Shown here in pieces: positions 11,802-22,787 of a stretch of 32,000 nt of DNA (position 1 is its first letter; each line of letters opens with the position of its first letter). The notes under the pieces are model-generated. The model had not been told where the DNA came from. It searched no databases and saw only the letters and a program-made list of their open reading frames with translations. Source of the DNA: Mycolicibacterium smegmatis (GTDB lineage: Bacteria > Actinomycetota > Actinomycetes > Mycobacteriales > Mycobacteriaceae); NCBI RefSeq assembly GCF_001457595.1, contig NZ_LN831039.1:3750001-3782000 (forward strand). Reading direction: 5' to 3'. The position numbers and the translations under genes are program-made.

Positions 11802-13168
11802 GCGACACAAATGTGTGGTTGTCCCTGCTGGCGATCCTGGCGGTGGTGCTGCTCACCTTCGGCACCGCGGTGTTCGTGGCTGCCGAGTTCTCGCTGACCG
11901 CTCTCGAACGCAGCACCGTGGAGGCGAACGCGCGCGCAGGCGACCGGCGTGACCACATGGTCCGCCACGCGCACCGCACGCTGTCCTTCCAGCTCTCCGG
12001 CGCCCAGGTGGGCATCTCGATCACCACGCTGGCCACCGGTTATCTGGCCGAACCGGTGATCGGCAAGCTGATCCACCCCGGTCTGGACGCGATCGGCATT
12101 CCCGCCAACTTCGCGGGCGGCCTGTCCTTGTTCTTCGCGGTCGTGATCGCCACGTCACTGTCGATGGTGTTCGGCGAGCTGGTGCCGAAGAACCTCGCGG
12201 TGGCGCGCCCGGTTCCGACGGCGCGCGCCGCCGCGCCGTTCCAGCTGCTGTTCTCGCTGATCTTCACACCGGTCATCCGGCTCACCAACGGCACCGCGAA
12301 CTGGATCCTGCGCCGCCTGGGCATCGAACCTGCCGAGGAACTGCGTTCGGCCCGCACCGGTCAGGAACTGGCTGCGCTGGTACGCAATTCGGCGCGCAGC
12401 GGTTCGCTGGACCCGGTCACGGCACTGCTCGTGGACCGTTCGCTGCAGTTCGGTGAGCGCACGGCCGAGGAACTCATGACGCCGCGGCCCAAGATCGAGA
12501 CGCTCGACGCCGACGACACCGTGGTGGACCTGATGGACGCCGCGATCCGCACCGGGTTCTCGCGGTTCCCGATCATCAAGGGCGACCTCGACGAGACCAT
12601 CGGCGTCGTACACGTCAAACAGGTGTTCGCGGTGCCGCGCGACAAACGCGACCGCGTCCGGCTGGCGAGCCTGGCGCTGCCGGTCGCCAAGGTGCCCTCG
12701 ACGCTCGACGGCGACGCCGTGATGACCCAGATCAGGGCCAACGGCCTGCAGACCGCGCTGGTGGTCGACGAGTACGGCGGCACCGCGGGCATGGTGACGG
12801 TCGAGGATCTCATCGAGGAGATCGTCGGCGACGTCCGCGACGAGCACGACGACGCGACGCCTGACGTCATGCCCGCGGGCAAGGGCTGGCAGGTGTCGGG
12901 CCTGCTGCGCATCGACGAGGTGGCCGCGCAGACCGGTTTCCGGGCGCCCGAGGGCGAATACGAGACCATCGGCGGGCTGGTGCTGCAGGAACTCGGCCAC
13001 ATCCCCGAGACGGGCGAGGCCGTGGATCTGACCGCGTTCGATCCCGACACCGATGCCGACGAGCCGACGCACTGGCTGGCGACCGTGGTGCGGATGGACG
13101 GCAGGCGCATCGACCTGCTCGAACTGACCAAGCTCGAACCCGCCGGTGAGGGTGAGCCCAATGGGTGA
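11798..13168 (+). CDS. DUF21/CBS/CorC_HlyC-domain membrane protein (Rv1842c-like)
   Basis: 456 aa. N-terminal transmembrane DUF21 ([14 protein letters not shown]), tandem CBS ([24 protein letters not shown]) and a CorC C-terminal domain. The ATG at 11798 is preferred over the track GTG at 11783. Confidence 0.93.
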   Translation: MSDTNVWLSLLAILAVVLLTFGTAVFVAAEFSLTALERSTVEANARAGDRRDHMVRHAHRTLSFQLSGAQVGISITTLATGYLAEPVIGKLIHPGLDAIGIPANFAGGLSLFFAVVIATSLSMVFGELVPKNLAVARPVPTARAAAPFQLLFSLIFTPVIRLTNGTANWILRRLGIEPAEELRSARTGQELAALVRNSARSGSLDPVTALLVDRSLQFGERTAEELMTPRPKIETLDADDTVVDLMDAAIRTGFSRFPIIKGDLDETIGVVHVKQVFAVPRDKRDRVRLASLALPVAKVPSTLDGDAVMTQIRANGLQTALVVDEYGGTAGMVTVEDLIEEIVGDVRDEHDDATPDVMPAGKGWQVSGLLRIDEVAAQTGFRAPEGEYETIGGLVLQELGHIPETGEAVDLTAFDPDTDADEPTHWLATVVRMDGRRIDLLELTKLEPAGEGEPNG

Positions 13169-14255
13169 TGTGTTCGGTGTCCTGCTGACCGTGCTGCTGC
13201 TCGCGGCCAACGCGTTCTTCGTGGCGGCCGAGTTCGCGCTGATCTCGGCGCGGCGTGACCGCCTGCAGGCGCTCGCCGAGCAGGGCAAGAAGAGCGCGAT
13301 CACCGTGATCCGGGCGGGCGAGCACCTGTCGCTGATGCTGGCAGGCTCCCAGCTGGGCATCACGATCTGCTCGATCCTGCTGGGCCGCGTGGGCGAACCG
13401 GCCGTGGCGCATCTGCTGGAGAAGCCGTTCGCGCTGATCGGCGTGTCCGACACGGTGCTGCACACGGTGTCGTTCGTCGTGGCGCTGGCGGTCGTGGTGA
13501 TCCTGCACGTGCTGCTGGGTGAGATGGTGCCGAAGAACATCGCGATCGCGGGTCCGGAGACCGCGGCGATGCTGCTCATCCCGCCCTATCTGCTGTACAT
13601 CCGCGCCGCGCGCCCGTTCATCGCGTTCTACAACTGGTGCGCCAACGCGACGCTGCGGGCATTCGGCGTCGAACCACGCGACGAACTCGCCTCGGCGGTC
13701 TCGACCGTCGAACTGTCCGAGATGATCGCCGAATCGGTGTCGGAGGGTCTGCTCGACACCGAGGAGCACAGCAGGCTCACCCGCGCGCTGCAGACGCGGA
13801 CCCGTACAGTGACCGACGTGGCGATGCCGCTCAGCGGGATCCACGCGGTCTCGGTCGCGGGCCCGGGCTGCGGGCCGACCGTCGGCGCGGTGGAACAGGC
13901 CCTCGCCGAGACCGGATACTCACGCTTCCCGGTGACCGACGCGTCCGGCACCTTCATCGGGTACCTGCACATCAAGGATGTGCTGCTGCAGGTCAACGAG
14001 CCCGACTCGGTCGTCGACCTGGCCATGGTGCGCCCCCTTCCGCAGGTGCCTGCGTCACTGCCGGTGCCCGACGCGCTGTCGCGCATGCGCCGCAGCAACA
14101 GCCACCTTGCCCTCGTGGTCGACGACAGCCTCATCGACGTGCACGGCAGCACGGCGCACACCGCGGCCGACAACACCGTCACGGCGATGGTCGCGCTCGA
14201 AGACCTCGTGGAAGACCTCGTCGGAACGGTGCGCGACGGTACGCACCGTGTCTGA
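13161..14255 (+). CDS. DUF21/CBS-domain membrane protein (Rv1841c-like)
   Basis: 364 aa from the ATG at 13161, same family architecture ([24 protein letters not shown]; CBS pair). It overlaps the previous stop by 8 nt. Confidence 0.92.
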   Translation: MGDVFGVLLTVLLLAANAFFVAAEFALISARRDRLQALAEQGKKSAITVIRAGEHLSLMLAGSQLGITICSILLGRVGEPAVAHLLEKPFALIGVSDTVLHTVSFVVALAVVVILHVLLGEMVPKNIAIAGPETAAMLLIPPYLLYIRAARPFIAFYNWCANATLRAFGVEPRDELASAVSTVELSEMIAESVSEGLLDTEEHSRLTRALQTRTRTVTDVAMPLSGIHAVSVAGPGCGPTVGAVEQALAETGYSRFPVTDASGTFIGYLHIKDVLLQVNEPDSVVDLAMVRPLPQVPASLPVPDALSRMRRSNSHLALVVDDSLIDVHGSTAHTAADNTVTAMVALEDLVEDLVGTVRDGTHRV

Positions 14256-15276
14256 TGCGGTGGGCACCTCGGTGACGCGCGGGCATCCGCGTCGTCTGCT
14301 CGACGAACGTGAGTGGACCGCGGCCGAGCAGCGGCACCGCGAGCGCGTCGAGGAGTTCCTCGCGCCGCACGTGCGGCGCATGCAGCGCCGGGAGCCACAT
14401 CCGGTGTGGGACTTCCTGTTCACCTACTACAGCCTGCGGCCCCGTCAGCTGCGGCGGTGGCATCCCGGGTACGGGATCGTGCTGACCGGTCCGTCGGCCG
14501 ACCGGTTCCTCACCTACCCCGGTTACGGCCGCCACGACGAGGGCGCCGGTGTGACCGTCACGTGTGAGCATCTCGCCTCCCGGACGGACACTGTGCGATT
14601 CGTCGCGGCGCTCATGCGCGCCACGGCCGCGCGCACCCCGCGGCTGAACTGTTTCGGACTGCACGAGTGGGCCATGGTCTATCGCACCGATCACGTGCGG
14701 CACTCCGCGGTGCCGCTGCGGCTCAGCGCGGCGGGCACCGACGCGGTGGTCGACTCGATGCCACTGCGCTGCACGCATTTCGACGCGTTCCGCTTCTTCA
14801 CCGACGCGGCGGCCCCGCGCAACGAGCGGCAGCTGACACGTGATCAGCAGATCGCCTCCGAACAGCCGGGATGTGTCCACGCGTCGATGGATCTGTACAA
14901 GTGGGCGTACAAGCTCGGCCCGCTCGTCGCGAGCGATCTGGTGGCCGACGCGCTGGAACTCGCGGTCGACGCGCGGGCGCTGGATATGCGCGCCAGCCCC
15001 TATGACCTGACAAGCTATGGTTTCGAACCGATCGCCATCGAAACACCGGCCGGACGAGCCGAGTACGTCCGCGCCCAGGGGCAGATCGCCGAACGGGCGG
15101 CCTCGATACGGGCTGCCTTGGCAAACCGATGTGAGTTGTTGCTCATCGACATGACGGTGGAAACGCCGACGTTACCGATGGGTAAGCTGGATAAACGGCA
15201 GGCGCCACCCGGCGCGGAAGAGCCGAGGGAGGAAAGCATGACCACCCACCGAGCAGCTAAGGCGGTTCGCGCATGA
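14248..15276 (+). CDS. Conserved hypothetical protein (related proteins often carry a 3-methyladenine DNA glycosylase label)
   Basis: 342 aa from the GTG at 14248, overlapping the upstream stop. Coding-quality protein ([24 protein letters not shown]...). Function not inferable from sequence alone. Confidence 0.8.
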   Translation: MSDAVGTSVTRGHPRRLLDEREWTAAEQRHRERVEEFLAPHVRRMQRREPHPVWDFLFTYYSLRPRQLRRWHPGYGIVLTGPSADRFLTYPGYGRHDEGAGVTVTCEHLASRTDTVRFVAALMRATAARTPRLNCFGLHEWAMVYRTDHVRHSAVPLRLSAAGTDAVVDSMPLRCTHFDAFRFFTDAAAPRNERQLTRDQQIASEQPGCVHASMDLYKWAYKLGPLVASDLVADALELAVDARALDMRASPYDLTSYGFEPIAIETPAGRAEYVRAQGQIAERAASIRAALANRCELLLIDMTVETPTLPMGKLDKRQAPPGAEEPREESMTTHRAAKAVRA

Positions 15277-17471
15277 GTGATCGCGTTGCAGTTGGAAACC
15301 TGCGTGTGGCCAAGGTGCTGCACGACTTCATCACCAACGAGGCGCTGCCGGGTACTGGCGTAGACCCCGACAGCTTCTGGTCGGGTGTCGACAAGGTGGT
15401 CTCCGACCTGACCCCGAAGAACCAGGAACTGCTGGCGCGCCGCGACGAACTGCAGGCGCAGATCGACAAGTGGCACCGCTCGCACGTGCTCGAGCCGGTG
15501 GACCCGGTCGCCTACAAGCAGTTCCTCACCGACATCGGCTACCTGCTGCCGGAGCCCGAGGACTTCACCATCACCACCGCAGGTGTCGACGACGAGATCA
15601 CCACCACCGCGGGCCCGCAGCTCGTGGTGCCGATCCTCAACGCGCGCTTCGCCCTCAACGCCGCAAACGCACGCTGGGGTTCGCTGTACGACGCGCTGTA
15701 CGGCACCGACGTCATCTCCGAGGAGGACGGCGCCGAGAAGGGCACGGGGTACAACAAGATCCGTGGCGACAAGGTGATCGCCTACGCGCGCGGATTCCTC
15801 GACGAGGTCGTGCCGCTGGCCGAGGGTTCGTGGAGCGAGGCCACCGGTCTGAAAATCGACGACGGCGCACTGGAAGTCGCGCTCGGCGACGACAAGGTCA
15901 CCGGACTCTCGGTGCCCGAGGCGTTCGTCGGCTACACCGGCGAACTCGGCGAGCCGCAGTGGTCGGTGCTGCTGCGCAATCACGGGCTGCACATCGAGAT
16001 CCTCATCGACCCGTCCTCGCCCGTCGGCTCGACCGACTCCGCAGGCATCAAGGACGTCGTGCTGGAGTCCGCGGTCACCACGATCATGGACTTCGAGGAT
16101 TCGGTCGCCGCGGTCGACGCCGACGACAAGGTGCTCGGCTACCGCAACTGGCTGGGCCTGAACCGCGGTGACCTCACCGAAGAGGTCACCAAGGGCGACA
16201 AGACCTTCACGCGTGTCCTCAACGACGACCGCGTGTTCAAGACCCCCGACGGCGAAGGTGAGCTGACCCTGCCCGGTCGCAGCCTGCTGTTCGTCCGCAA
16301 CGTCGGCCACCTGATGACCAACGACGCGATCGTCGACGCCGATGGGAACGAGATCCCCGAAGGCATCCAGGACGCGTTGTTCACCAGCCTGATCGCGATG
16401 CACGGCCTCAAGGCCGGCGACCAGAACGGCCCGCTGACCAACAGCCGCACGGGTTCGATCTACATCGTCAAACCCAAGATGCACGGCCCCGACGAGGTCG
16501 CCTTCACCTGTGAGCTGTTCAGCCGCGTCGAGGACGTGCTCGGCCTGCCCGCCAACACCCTCAAGGTCGGCATCATGGATGAGGAGCGGCGCACCTCGGT
16601 CAACCTCAAGGCCTGCATCAAGGCCGCCGCCGACCGCGTGGTGTTCATCAACACCGGATTCCTCGACCGCACCGGCGACGAGATCCACACCTCGATGGAA
16701 GCCGGGCCCATGGTGCGCAAGGGCACCATGAAGAGCCAGCCCTGGATCCTGGCCTACGAGGACGCCAACGTCGACGTCGGTCTGGCCGCCGGGTTCTCCG
16801 GCAAGGCCCAGATCGGCAAGGGCATGTGGGCCATGACCGACCTGATGGCCGACATGGTCGAGCAGAAGATCGGCCAGCCCAAGGCCGGCGCCACCACCGC
16901 GTGGGTGCCCTCCCCGACTGCCGCCACGCTGCACGCGATGCACTACCACCAGGTCGACGTGTTCGCGGTGCAGTCCGAACTCGCTGGCAAGAAGCGCGGC
17001 AAGCTCGAAGACCTGCTGACCATCCCGCTGGCCGACTCGTCGCTGACGTGGTCGCCCGAGGAGATCCACGAAGAGGTCGACAACAACTGCCAGTCGATCC
17101 TGGGCTACGTGGTGCGCTGGATCGACGCCGGTGTCGGCTGTTCGAAGGTCCCCGACATCCACGACGTCGCACTCATGGAGGACCGTGCGACGCTGCGGAT
17201 CTCCAGCCAACTGCTGGCCAACTGGCTGCGCCACGGTGTGATCACCGAGGAGGACGTCAAGACCAGCCTGCGGCGCATGGCGGCCGTGGTCGACGAGCAG
17301 AACGCGGGCGATCCGGCGTACCTGCCGATGGCGCCGAACCCCGACGCCAGCATCGCCTTCGCCGCCGCGCAGGAGCTGATCCTGTCGGGCACACAGCAAC
17401 CCAACGGCTACACCGAACCGATCCTGCACCGGCGCCGCCGCGAGTTCAAAGCCCGCGCCGCTGCGCAGTGA
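15273..17471 (+). CDS. glcB: Malate synthase G
   Basis: 732 aa; [63 protein letters not shown] and [15 protein letters not shown] are hallmark GlcB segments. Confidence 0.97.
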   Translation: MSDRVAVGNLRVAKVLHDFITNEALPGTGVDPDSFWSGVDKVVSDLTPKNQELLARRDELQAQIDKWHRSHVLEPVDPVAYKQFLTDIGYLLPEPEDFTITTAGVDDEITTTAGPQLVVPILNARFALNAANARWGSLYDALYGTDVISEEDGAEKGTGYNKIRGDKVIAYARGFLDEVVPLAEGSWSEATGLKIDDGALEVALGDDKVTGLSVPEAFVGYTGELGEPQWSVLLRNHGLHIEILIDPSSPVGSTDSAGIKDVVLESAVTTIMDFEDSVAAVDADDKVLGYRNWLGLNRGDLTEEVTKGDKTFTRVLNDDRVFKTPDGEGELTLPGRSLLFVRNVGHLMTNDAIVDADGNEIPEGIQDALFTSLIAMHGLKAGDQNGPLTNSRTGSIYIVKPKMHGPDEVAFTCELFSRVEDVLGLPANTLKVGIMDEERRTSVNLKACIKAAADRVVFINTGFLDRTGDEIHTSMEAGPMVRKGTMKSQPWILAYEDANVDVGLAAGFSGKAQIGKGMWAMTDLMADMVEQKIGQPKAGATTAWVPSPTAATLHAMHYHQVDVFAVQSELAGKKRGKLEDLLTIPLADSSLTWSPEEIHEEVDNNCQSILGYVVRWIDAGVGCSKVPDIHDVALMEDRATLRISSQLLANWLRHGVITEEDVKTSLRRMAAVVDEQNAGDPAYLPMAPNPDASIAFAAAQELILSGTQQPNGYTEPILHRRRREFKARAAAQ

Positions 17472-17518
17472 CTAGACTGCGGCGGGATCCGATTGAGTGA
17501 CGAGTCAAGGGGTTAGGA

Positions 17519-19795
17519 ATGGGCAGGCACAGCATTCCGGACCCCGAGGATGCGGCCGACGAGCCGGAATCCGGGTACCGACAGGGCGCAGGCGGTCAGG
17601 GTGGCCCGCCGGATCATCCGACCGAGGTGTTCGAGCGGATCGGTGATTCCGGTCCGGCAACTCCCCGTCGGCGGCACCGTTACGCCGACGAGCCGGACGA
17701 GCCCGACGAGATCGCGGACAGCGACTACACGGACTACTCGGATTCGGACTACGTCGACGAGTACGCCGACGAGTACGGCACCGAATACGACCCGGAATAC
17801 GGTGACGAGTACCGGGGCGGGTACCGCGGCGGTTTTGGCAGCGAGTACGACACCGATTACTCGGACGACTACTCCGATGACTCGCCGCGTGACGAGTACG
17901 GCTACAGCACCGCTTCGGGTCATGCCCCGCGTCGTCGCGGCCGTGACGACCTGTCCGTCGACGACGAGGACGCCGAGACCACCAAGCTGAGCGCGGCGGG
18001 CGGCACGCCGCCCCCGCCGCCACGTTCGCGCCGCAGCCGCAGCGCCGACGGGGACAGCGAGTGGACCGGCAGCCACCGTGCCGTGGAGTCGCGGCGCCGC
18101 GGCGTCAGCGTCGGCGTGATCGTCGCACTGGTGTCCGTGGTCGTCCTGGTGGCGGCGGTGATCGTGTGGAAGTTCGTCGGCGACGCCCTTTCCGACCGCA
18201 GCGACGCCGCGGCCGCGCGGTGCGTCGCGGGCGAGATCGGCGTACCGGTGATCGCCGACCCGACCATCTCGACGCACATCGAGTCGTTGGCCAACAAGTA
18301 CAACCAGTCGGCCAGCCCGGTCGGCGACAAATGCGTCAAGGTGCGCGTGCAGTCCGCCGAATCCGACCGCGTGGTGAGCGGTTTCGCCAACTCCTGGCCG
18401 TCGGAGCTGGGTGACCGGCCAGCCCTGTGGATCCCGTCGAGCTCGATCGGCTCGGCCCGGCTTGAGGCCACCGCGGGGTCCGAGACCGTCAGCGACAGCC
18501 GGTCGCTGGTCACCTCGCCGGTAGTTCTCGCGACCTCACCCGAGTTGAAGACCGCGCTGGGACAACAGAACTGGCAGAAGCTGCCCGAGCTGCAGAGCAG
18601 CCCGACCGCCATGGACGGTCTGCGCCTGCCCAACTGGGGCACGCTGAAACTCGCGCTTCCCAAGCTGGACAACGGTGACACTGCGTATCTGGTCGCCGAG
18701 GCCGTCGCGGTCACGTCGGCGCCCTCGGGGGCGCCGCCCACCGCGGGCATGGGCGCGGTGAGCACGCTGCTGAACGGTCAGCCCAAACTCGACGACGCCG
18801 AGCTGTCGACCGCATTCGACGCCATGCTCGACGCGTCGGATTCGGCGGCCGCGCCCGTGCACGCCGTCGCGACCACCGAGCAGCAGCTGTTCCAGCGGGC
18901 GACGACACTCGACGACGCGGGCTCGAAGCTCGCGGGCTGGCTCCCACAGGGGCCCGCGGCCGTCGCCGACTACCCGACGGTGCTGCTGGCGGGCAGCTGG
19001 CTGGAGCAGGAACAGGTCACCGCCGCCAGTGAGTTCGCCCGGTATCTGCGCAAGCCCGAGCAGCTTGCCGAACTCGCCAAGGCCGGGTTCCGCGCCGAGG
19101 ATGCGACGTCGCCCGACAGCGACGTGACCGATTTCGGTCCGATCGCCAACCCGGTGTCGATCGCCGACGAGTCGACGCGGGTCACGCTCGCCAACGCGAC
19201 CGCGGCGCCGGTGTCGAGCCCCGCCGTGACGATCATGCTCGACCGGTCGATGCCCACCGACGAGGGTGGCAGGTCGCGGCTGCAGAACGTGGTCGAGGCG
19301 CTCACCAACCGGCTCAAGGCACTTCCGGTGACCTCCGAGGTGGGGCTGTGGACCTTCGACGGCACCGAGGGCCGCTCCGAGGTGTCGATGGGCCCGATGG
19401 CCGAACCGGTCGACGGCAGGGCCCGCTCCGAGGTGCTCAACTCCACGCTGGAGGACCAGTCGGCAGCCGGTGGCGGCGCGGTGTCGTTCACGACGCTGCG
19501 GCTGGTCTACAACGAGGCGAAGGCCAATTTCGTGGAAGGCCGCGGCAATTCGGTTCTGGTGATCACCACCGGGCCGCACACCGACCGCAGCCTCGACGGC
19601 CCGGGGCTGCAGGAGTTCATCCGCAGCAATTTCGATCCGGCGCGCCCGATCGCGGTCAACGTCATCGACTTCGGTGACGATTCCGACCGCGAGACGTGGG
19701 AGGCGGTCGCGCAGGCCAGCGGCGGCGACTACGTGAACCTGCCGACGTCCACCGCGCCCGAACTCGTCACGTCCGTCGCGACGATGCTGGGCTGA
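17519..19795 (+). CDS. Membrane-anchored protein with substrate-binding-like and vWA-like extracellular regions (Rv1836c-like)
   Basis: 758 aa. Acidic/Tyr-rich N-terminus, one transmembrane segment (VGVIVALVSVVVLVAAVIVWKFV), a solute-binding-like middle, and a C-terminal region with VTIMLDRSMPTDEG resembling the start of a vWA domain. Confidence 0.85.
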   Translation: MGRHSIPDPEDAADEPESGYRQGAGGQGGPPDHPTEVFERIGDSGPATPRRRHRYADEPDEPDEIADSDYTDYSDSDYVDEYADEYGTEYDPEYGDEYRGGYRGGFGSEYDTDYSDDYSDDSPRDEYGYSTASGHAPRRRGRDDLSVDDEDAETTKLSAAGGTPPPPPRSRRSRSADGDSEWTGSHRAVESRRRGVSVGVIVALVSVVVLVAAVIVWKFVGDALSDRSDAAAARCVAGEIGVPVIADPTISTHIESLANKYNQSASPVGDKCVKVRVQSAESDRVVSGFANSWPSELGDRPALWIPSSSIGSARLEATAGSETVSDSRSLVTSPVVLATSPELKTALGQQNWQKLPELQSSPTAMDGLRLPNWGTLKLALPKLDNGDTAYLVAEAVAVTSAPSGAPPTAGMGAVSTLLNGQPKLDDAELSTAFDAMLDASDSAAAPVHAVATTEQQLFQRATTLDDAGSKLAGWLPQGPAAVADYPTVLLAGSWLEQEQVTAASEFARYLRKPEQLAELAKAGFRAEDATSPDSDVTDFGPIANPVSIADESTRVTLANATAAPVSSPAVTIMLDRSMPTDEGGRSRLQNVVEALTNRLKALPVTSEVGLWTFDGTEGRSEVSMGPMAEPVDGRARSEVLNSTLEDQSAAGGGAVSFTTLRLVYNEAKANFVEGRGNSVLVITTGPHTDRSLDGPGLQEFIRSNFDPARPIAVNVIDFGDDSDRETWEAVAQASGGDYVNLPTSTAPELVTSVATMLG

Positions 19796-19811
19796 GCACC
19801 CGGATCGTTCC

Positions 19812-19851
19812 GGCCGCCCCGCCACATCGGTGTGAGGTGACGGGGCCGGCC
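19812..19851. terminator. Candidate bidirectional terminator hairpin between convergent genes
   Basis: GGCCGCCCCG (19812-19821) pairs with CGGGGCCGGCC (19841-19851) with one bulge. It lies between the stops of the vWA gene (+) and gcvP (-). There is no U-tract. Confidence 0.5.
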
Positions 19852-19861
19852 TGACGGACGA

Positions 19862-22702
19862 TCAGGCGAACGCCTCCACCGGCGGGCACGAGCACACCAG
19901 GTTGCGGTCGCCGTAGGCACCGTCGATGCGGCGCACGGGCGGCCACACCTTGGGACGCCAGCCCTTTCCGAGCGGGTAGGCCGCCTCTTCGCGGGTGTAG
20001 GGACGGTTCCAGTCGGCGACCAGCAGGCAGTCGGCGGTGTGCGGCGCGCCGCGCAGCGGGTTGTCATCGACAGGCCACTCCCCCGAGCCCACGCGGTCGA
20101 TCTCGCCGCGGATCGCGATCATGGCGTCGCAGAACGCGTCGACCTCGGCAAGGCTCTCGCTCTCGGTGGGCTCGACCATCAGCGTGCCCGACACCGGGAA
20201 GCTCATGGTGGGAGCGTGGAAACCGAAGTCCGCCAACCGCTTCGCCACGTCGTCGACCGTCACGCCGGTGGCCTTGGTGATGCCGCGCAGGTCCAGGATG
20301 CACTCGTGGGCGACCATGCCGTTCTCGCCCGTGTACAGCACCGGGAAGTACTCGTCGAGACGCCGCGCGACGTAGTTGGCCGACGCGATTGCGGTCAGTG
20401 TGGCCGCGCGCAGGCCGTCGGCGCCCATCATGCGGATGTACATCCACGTGATGGGCAAAATCGACGCCGAACCGTACGGCGCGGCCGACACGGTGTGGTC
20501 GTCGGACAGTTCGTCGGCGAGCGGATGTCCGGGCAGGTACGGCGCGAGGTGGGCACGCACCGCCACCGGGCCGACGCCGGGGCCACCGCCGCCGTGCGGG
20601 ATGCAGAACGTCTTGTGCAGGTTCAGGTGGCTGACGTCGCCACCGAAGCGTCCGGGGCGGGCCAGGCCCACCAGCGCGTTGAGGTTGGCGCCGTCGACGT
20701 ACACCTGACCGCCCACGTCGTGCACCGCCGCGCAGATGTCGGCGACGTCGTGCTCGTAGACACCGTGCGTCGACGGGTACGTGATCATCAGCGCCGCAAT
20801 GCGATCCGCGTGTTCTTTGACCTTGGTGCGCAGATCGTCGAGGTCGACGTCGCCGTTCTCACGGCATGCCACGACCACCACGCGCATACCGGCCAGCGCG
20901 GCCGAGGCCGCGTTGGTGCCGTGCGCGCTCGACGGGATCAGGCAGATGTCGCGGTCGGCGTCACCACGCGCCTCGTGGTAGGCCTTGATGGCCAGCAGGC
21001 CCGCGTACTCGCCCTGCGAACCCGCGTTGGGCTGCAGCGACACCTCGTCGTATCCGGTGATCGCGGTGAGCCAGGACTGCAGATCGGCGATCAGCTTGCG
21101 CAGGCCGGGCGTGTCGGAGGCGGGCGCGAACGGGTGCTGGCGCGAGAACTCGGTCCACGTGATCGGTTCCATCTCGGCGGCCGCGTTGAGCTTCATGGTG
21201 CACGAACCCAGGGGGATCATGCTGCGGTCCAGTGCGATGTCCTTGTCGGCCAGCGACCGCAGGTACCGCATCATCTCGGTTTCGGTGCGGTAGCGGTGAA
21301 ATGCCGGGTGGGTGAGGAATTCCGAGGTGCGCGTGGCGATGTCGGTGCCCGCGCCGTCGGTTCGCGTGGCGCCGAACGCCTCGATGACGGCGTCGATGTG
21401 CGCATCGGTGGTGGCCTCGTCGCACGAGACCGACACGTGGTCGTCGTCGACGCGCCAGAGGTTGATGTTCTTCGCCTTCGCGGCCGCGACCACCTCGTCG
21501 GCGCGGCCGGGCACGCGGACCAGCACGGTGTCGAAGAACTTGTCGTGCACCACCGCGTCACCGAGCGCGGATGCGATGGCGTCGGCATGGGCGTGCACGC
21601 GGCGCGCGATCGCGGTGAGGCCGGGGGCGCCGTGGTAGCTCGCGTACATCGCGGCGATCACCGCGAGCAGGACCTGCGCGGTGCAGATGTTGCTGGTGGC
21701 CTTGTCGCGGCGGATGTGCTGTTCGCGGGTCTGCAGCGCCAGCCGGTACGCGGGCGAGCCGTCGCTGTCGACCGAGACGCCGACGAGGCGTCCCGGCAAC
21801 TGGCGGGCGTGGTTGGCGTGCACCGCGAGGTAACCGGCGTGCGGACCGCCGAATCCCATTGGCACACCGAACCTCTGGGTGGTGCCGAAGGCGACGTCGG
21901 CGCCGATCTCACCGGGCGGGGTGATCAGCGTCAGCGCCAACAGGTCCGCACCGACGGCCACGAGCGCCTTGCGCTCGTGGGCCTGTTCGATCAGCGGTGC
22001 CCAGTCGACGACGGCACCGCTCGCGCCGGGGAGCTGCACGACGACGCCGAAGAACTCACCGTCGGGCAGGCCCTTGCTCAGGTCGGCGGTGACGATCTCG
22101 ATGCCCAGCGGCCTGGCACGGGTCGCGAGCACCGCCGCCGTCTGCGCGTACACGTCGGTGTCGACCAGCAGGCGGTTCACCTTGCTCCTGGTGGCGCGGT
22201 GCATGAGCGTCATGGCCTCGGCGGCCGCGGTGCCCTCGTCGAGCATCGATGCGTTGGCGACCTCGAGGCCGGTCAGATCGCACACCATGGTCTGGAAATT
22301 GAGCAGCGCCTCGAGCCGGCCCTGGCTGATCTCGGGCTGGTACGGCGTATAAGCCGTGTACCAGGCCGGATTCTCGAGGATGTTGCGCCGCAGCACCGCG
22401 GGCGTGAGCGTGTCGAAGTAGCCCTGACCGATCATCGACACGGCCACGGTGTTGGTGTCGGCCAGCGCGCGCAGCTCGGCGAGCGCCTCCTCCTCCGTCG
22501 CGGCAGGCGGAAGCTCGGCGAGCCCGGGCGCGCGACCCGCGGCGTCGAGCGCGTCGAGGATCCCGGTGGGCAGGGCCTTGGCGGCCAGCTCGTCGAGCGA
22601 GGACACACCGATCACGTCGAGCATGGTGGCGACGGCAGATTCGTCCGGGCCGATGTGACGGTCGACGAACTGCGGGTTACGCGCTTGTGGCTGGTCGGAC
22701 AC
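19862..22702 (-). CDS. gcvP: Glycine dehydrogenase (aminomethyl-transferring), glycine cleavage P protein
   Basis: 946 aa. [21 protein letters not shown], the PLP-lysine region [24 protein letters not shown], and [16 protein letters not shown] start. Confidence 0.98.
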   Translation of the reverse strand: MSDQPQARNPQFVDRHIGPDESAVATMLDVIGVSSLDELAAKALPTGILDALDAAGRAPGLAELPPAATEEEALAELRALADTNTVAVSMIGQGYFDTLTPAVLRRNILENPAWYTAYTPYQPEISQGRLEALLNFQTMVCDLTGLEVANASMLDEGTAAAEAMTLMHRATRSKVNRLLVDTDVYAQTAAVLATRARPLGIEIVTADLSKGLPDGEFFGVVVQLPGASGAVVDWAPLIEQAHERKALVAVGADLLALTLITPPGEIGADVAFGTTQRFGVPMGFGGPHAGYLAVHANHARQLPGRLVGVSVDSDGSPAYRLALQTREQHIRRDKATSNICTAQVLLAVIAAMYASYHGAPGLTAIARRVHAHADAIASALGDAVVHDKFFDTVLVRVPGRADEVVAAAKAKNINLWRVDDDHVSVSCDEATTDAHIDAVIEAFGATRTDGAGTDIATRTSEFLTHPAFHRYRTETEMMRYLRSLADKDIALDRSMIPLGSCTMKLNAAAEMEPITWTEFSRQHPFAPASDTPGLRKLIADLQSWLTAITGYDEVSLQPNAGSQGEYAGLLAIKAYHEARGDADRDICLIPSSAHGTNAASAALAGMRVVVVACRENGDVDLDDLRTKVKEHADRIAALMITYPSTHGVYEHDVADICAAVHDVGGQVYVDGANLNALVGLARPGRFGGDVSHLNLHKTFCIPHGGGGPGVGPVAVRAHLAPYLPGHPLADELSDDHTVSAAPYGSASILPITWMYIRMMGADGLRAATLTAIASANYVARRLDEYFPVLYTGENGMVAHECILDLRGITKATGVTVDDVAKRLADFGFHAPTMSFPVSGTLMVEPTESESLAEVDAFCDAMIAIRGEIDRVGSGEWPVDDNPLRGAPHTADCLLVADWNRPYTREEAAYPLGKGWRPKVWPPVRRIDGAYGDRNLVCSCPPVEAFA

Positions 22703-22707
22703 GTGAT

Positions 22708-22739
22708 CTCCCTGTGGGCACGCGGCTCGGCCGCAGGGG
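22708..22739 (-). promoter_or_regulatory. Putative expression-platform hairpin covering the gcvP ribosome-binding site
   Basis: On the minus strand, CCCTG (22738-22734) can pair with CAGGG (22714-22710), enclosing hairpin GCGGC-CGA-GCCGC (22734-22722). The 3' arm overlaps the GGGAG ribosome-binding site before the GTG at 22702. Confidence 0.4.
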
Positions 22740-22787
22740 TCGAGGCGCAGACGTACGTACTGGTCGTACTACTGTCCCTCTCCCTCT

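Noticed and set aside
12155-13579. 474-aa minus-strand ORF antisense to the CorC-family genes
   Set aside because: The composition (Q/R/H/G-rich) and lack of motifs indicate a GC-driven spurious frame. The plus-strand DUF21/CBS proteins are well supported.
15015-17429. 804-aa minus-strand ORF antisense to glcB
   Set aside because: High-GC shadow ORF. The plus strand encodes unmistakable malate synthase G, and the antisense translation is low-complexity G/V/R/D-rich with no recognisable motif.
17690-17870. Possible DNA tandem repeat encoding the D/E-Y-rich segment
   Set aside because: The codons vary between repeats (gac/gag tac patterns without a fixed unit), so it is biased protein composition rather than a true DNA repeat array.
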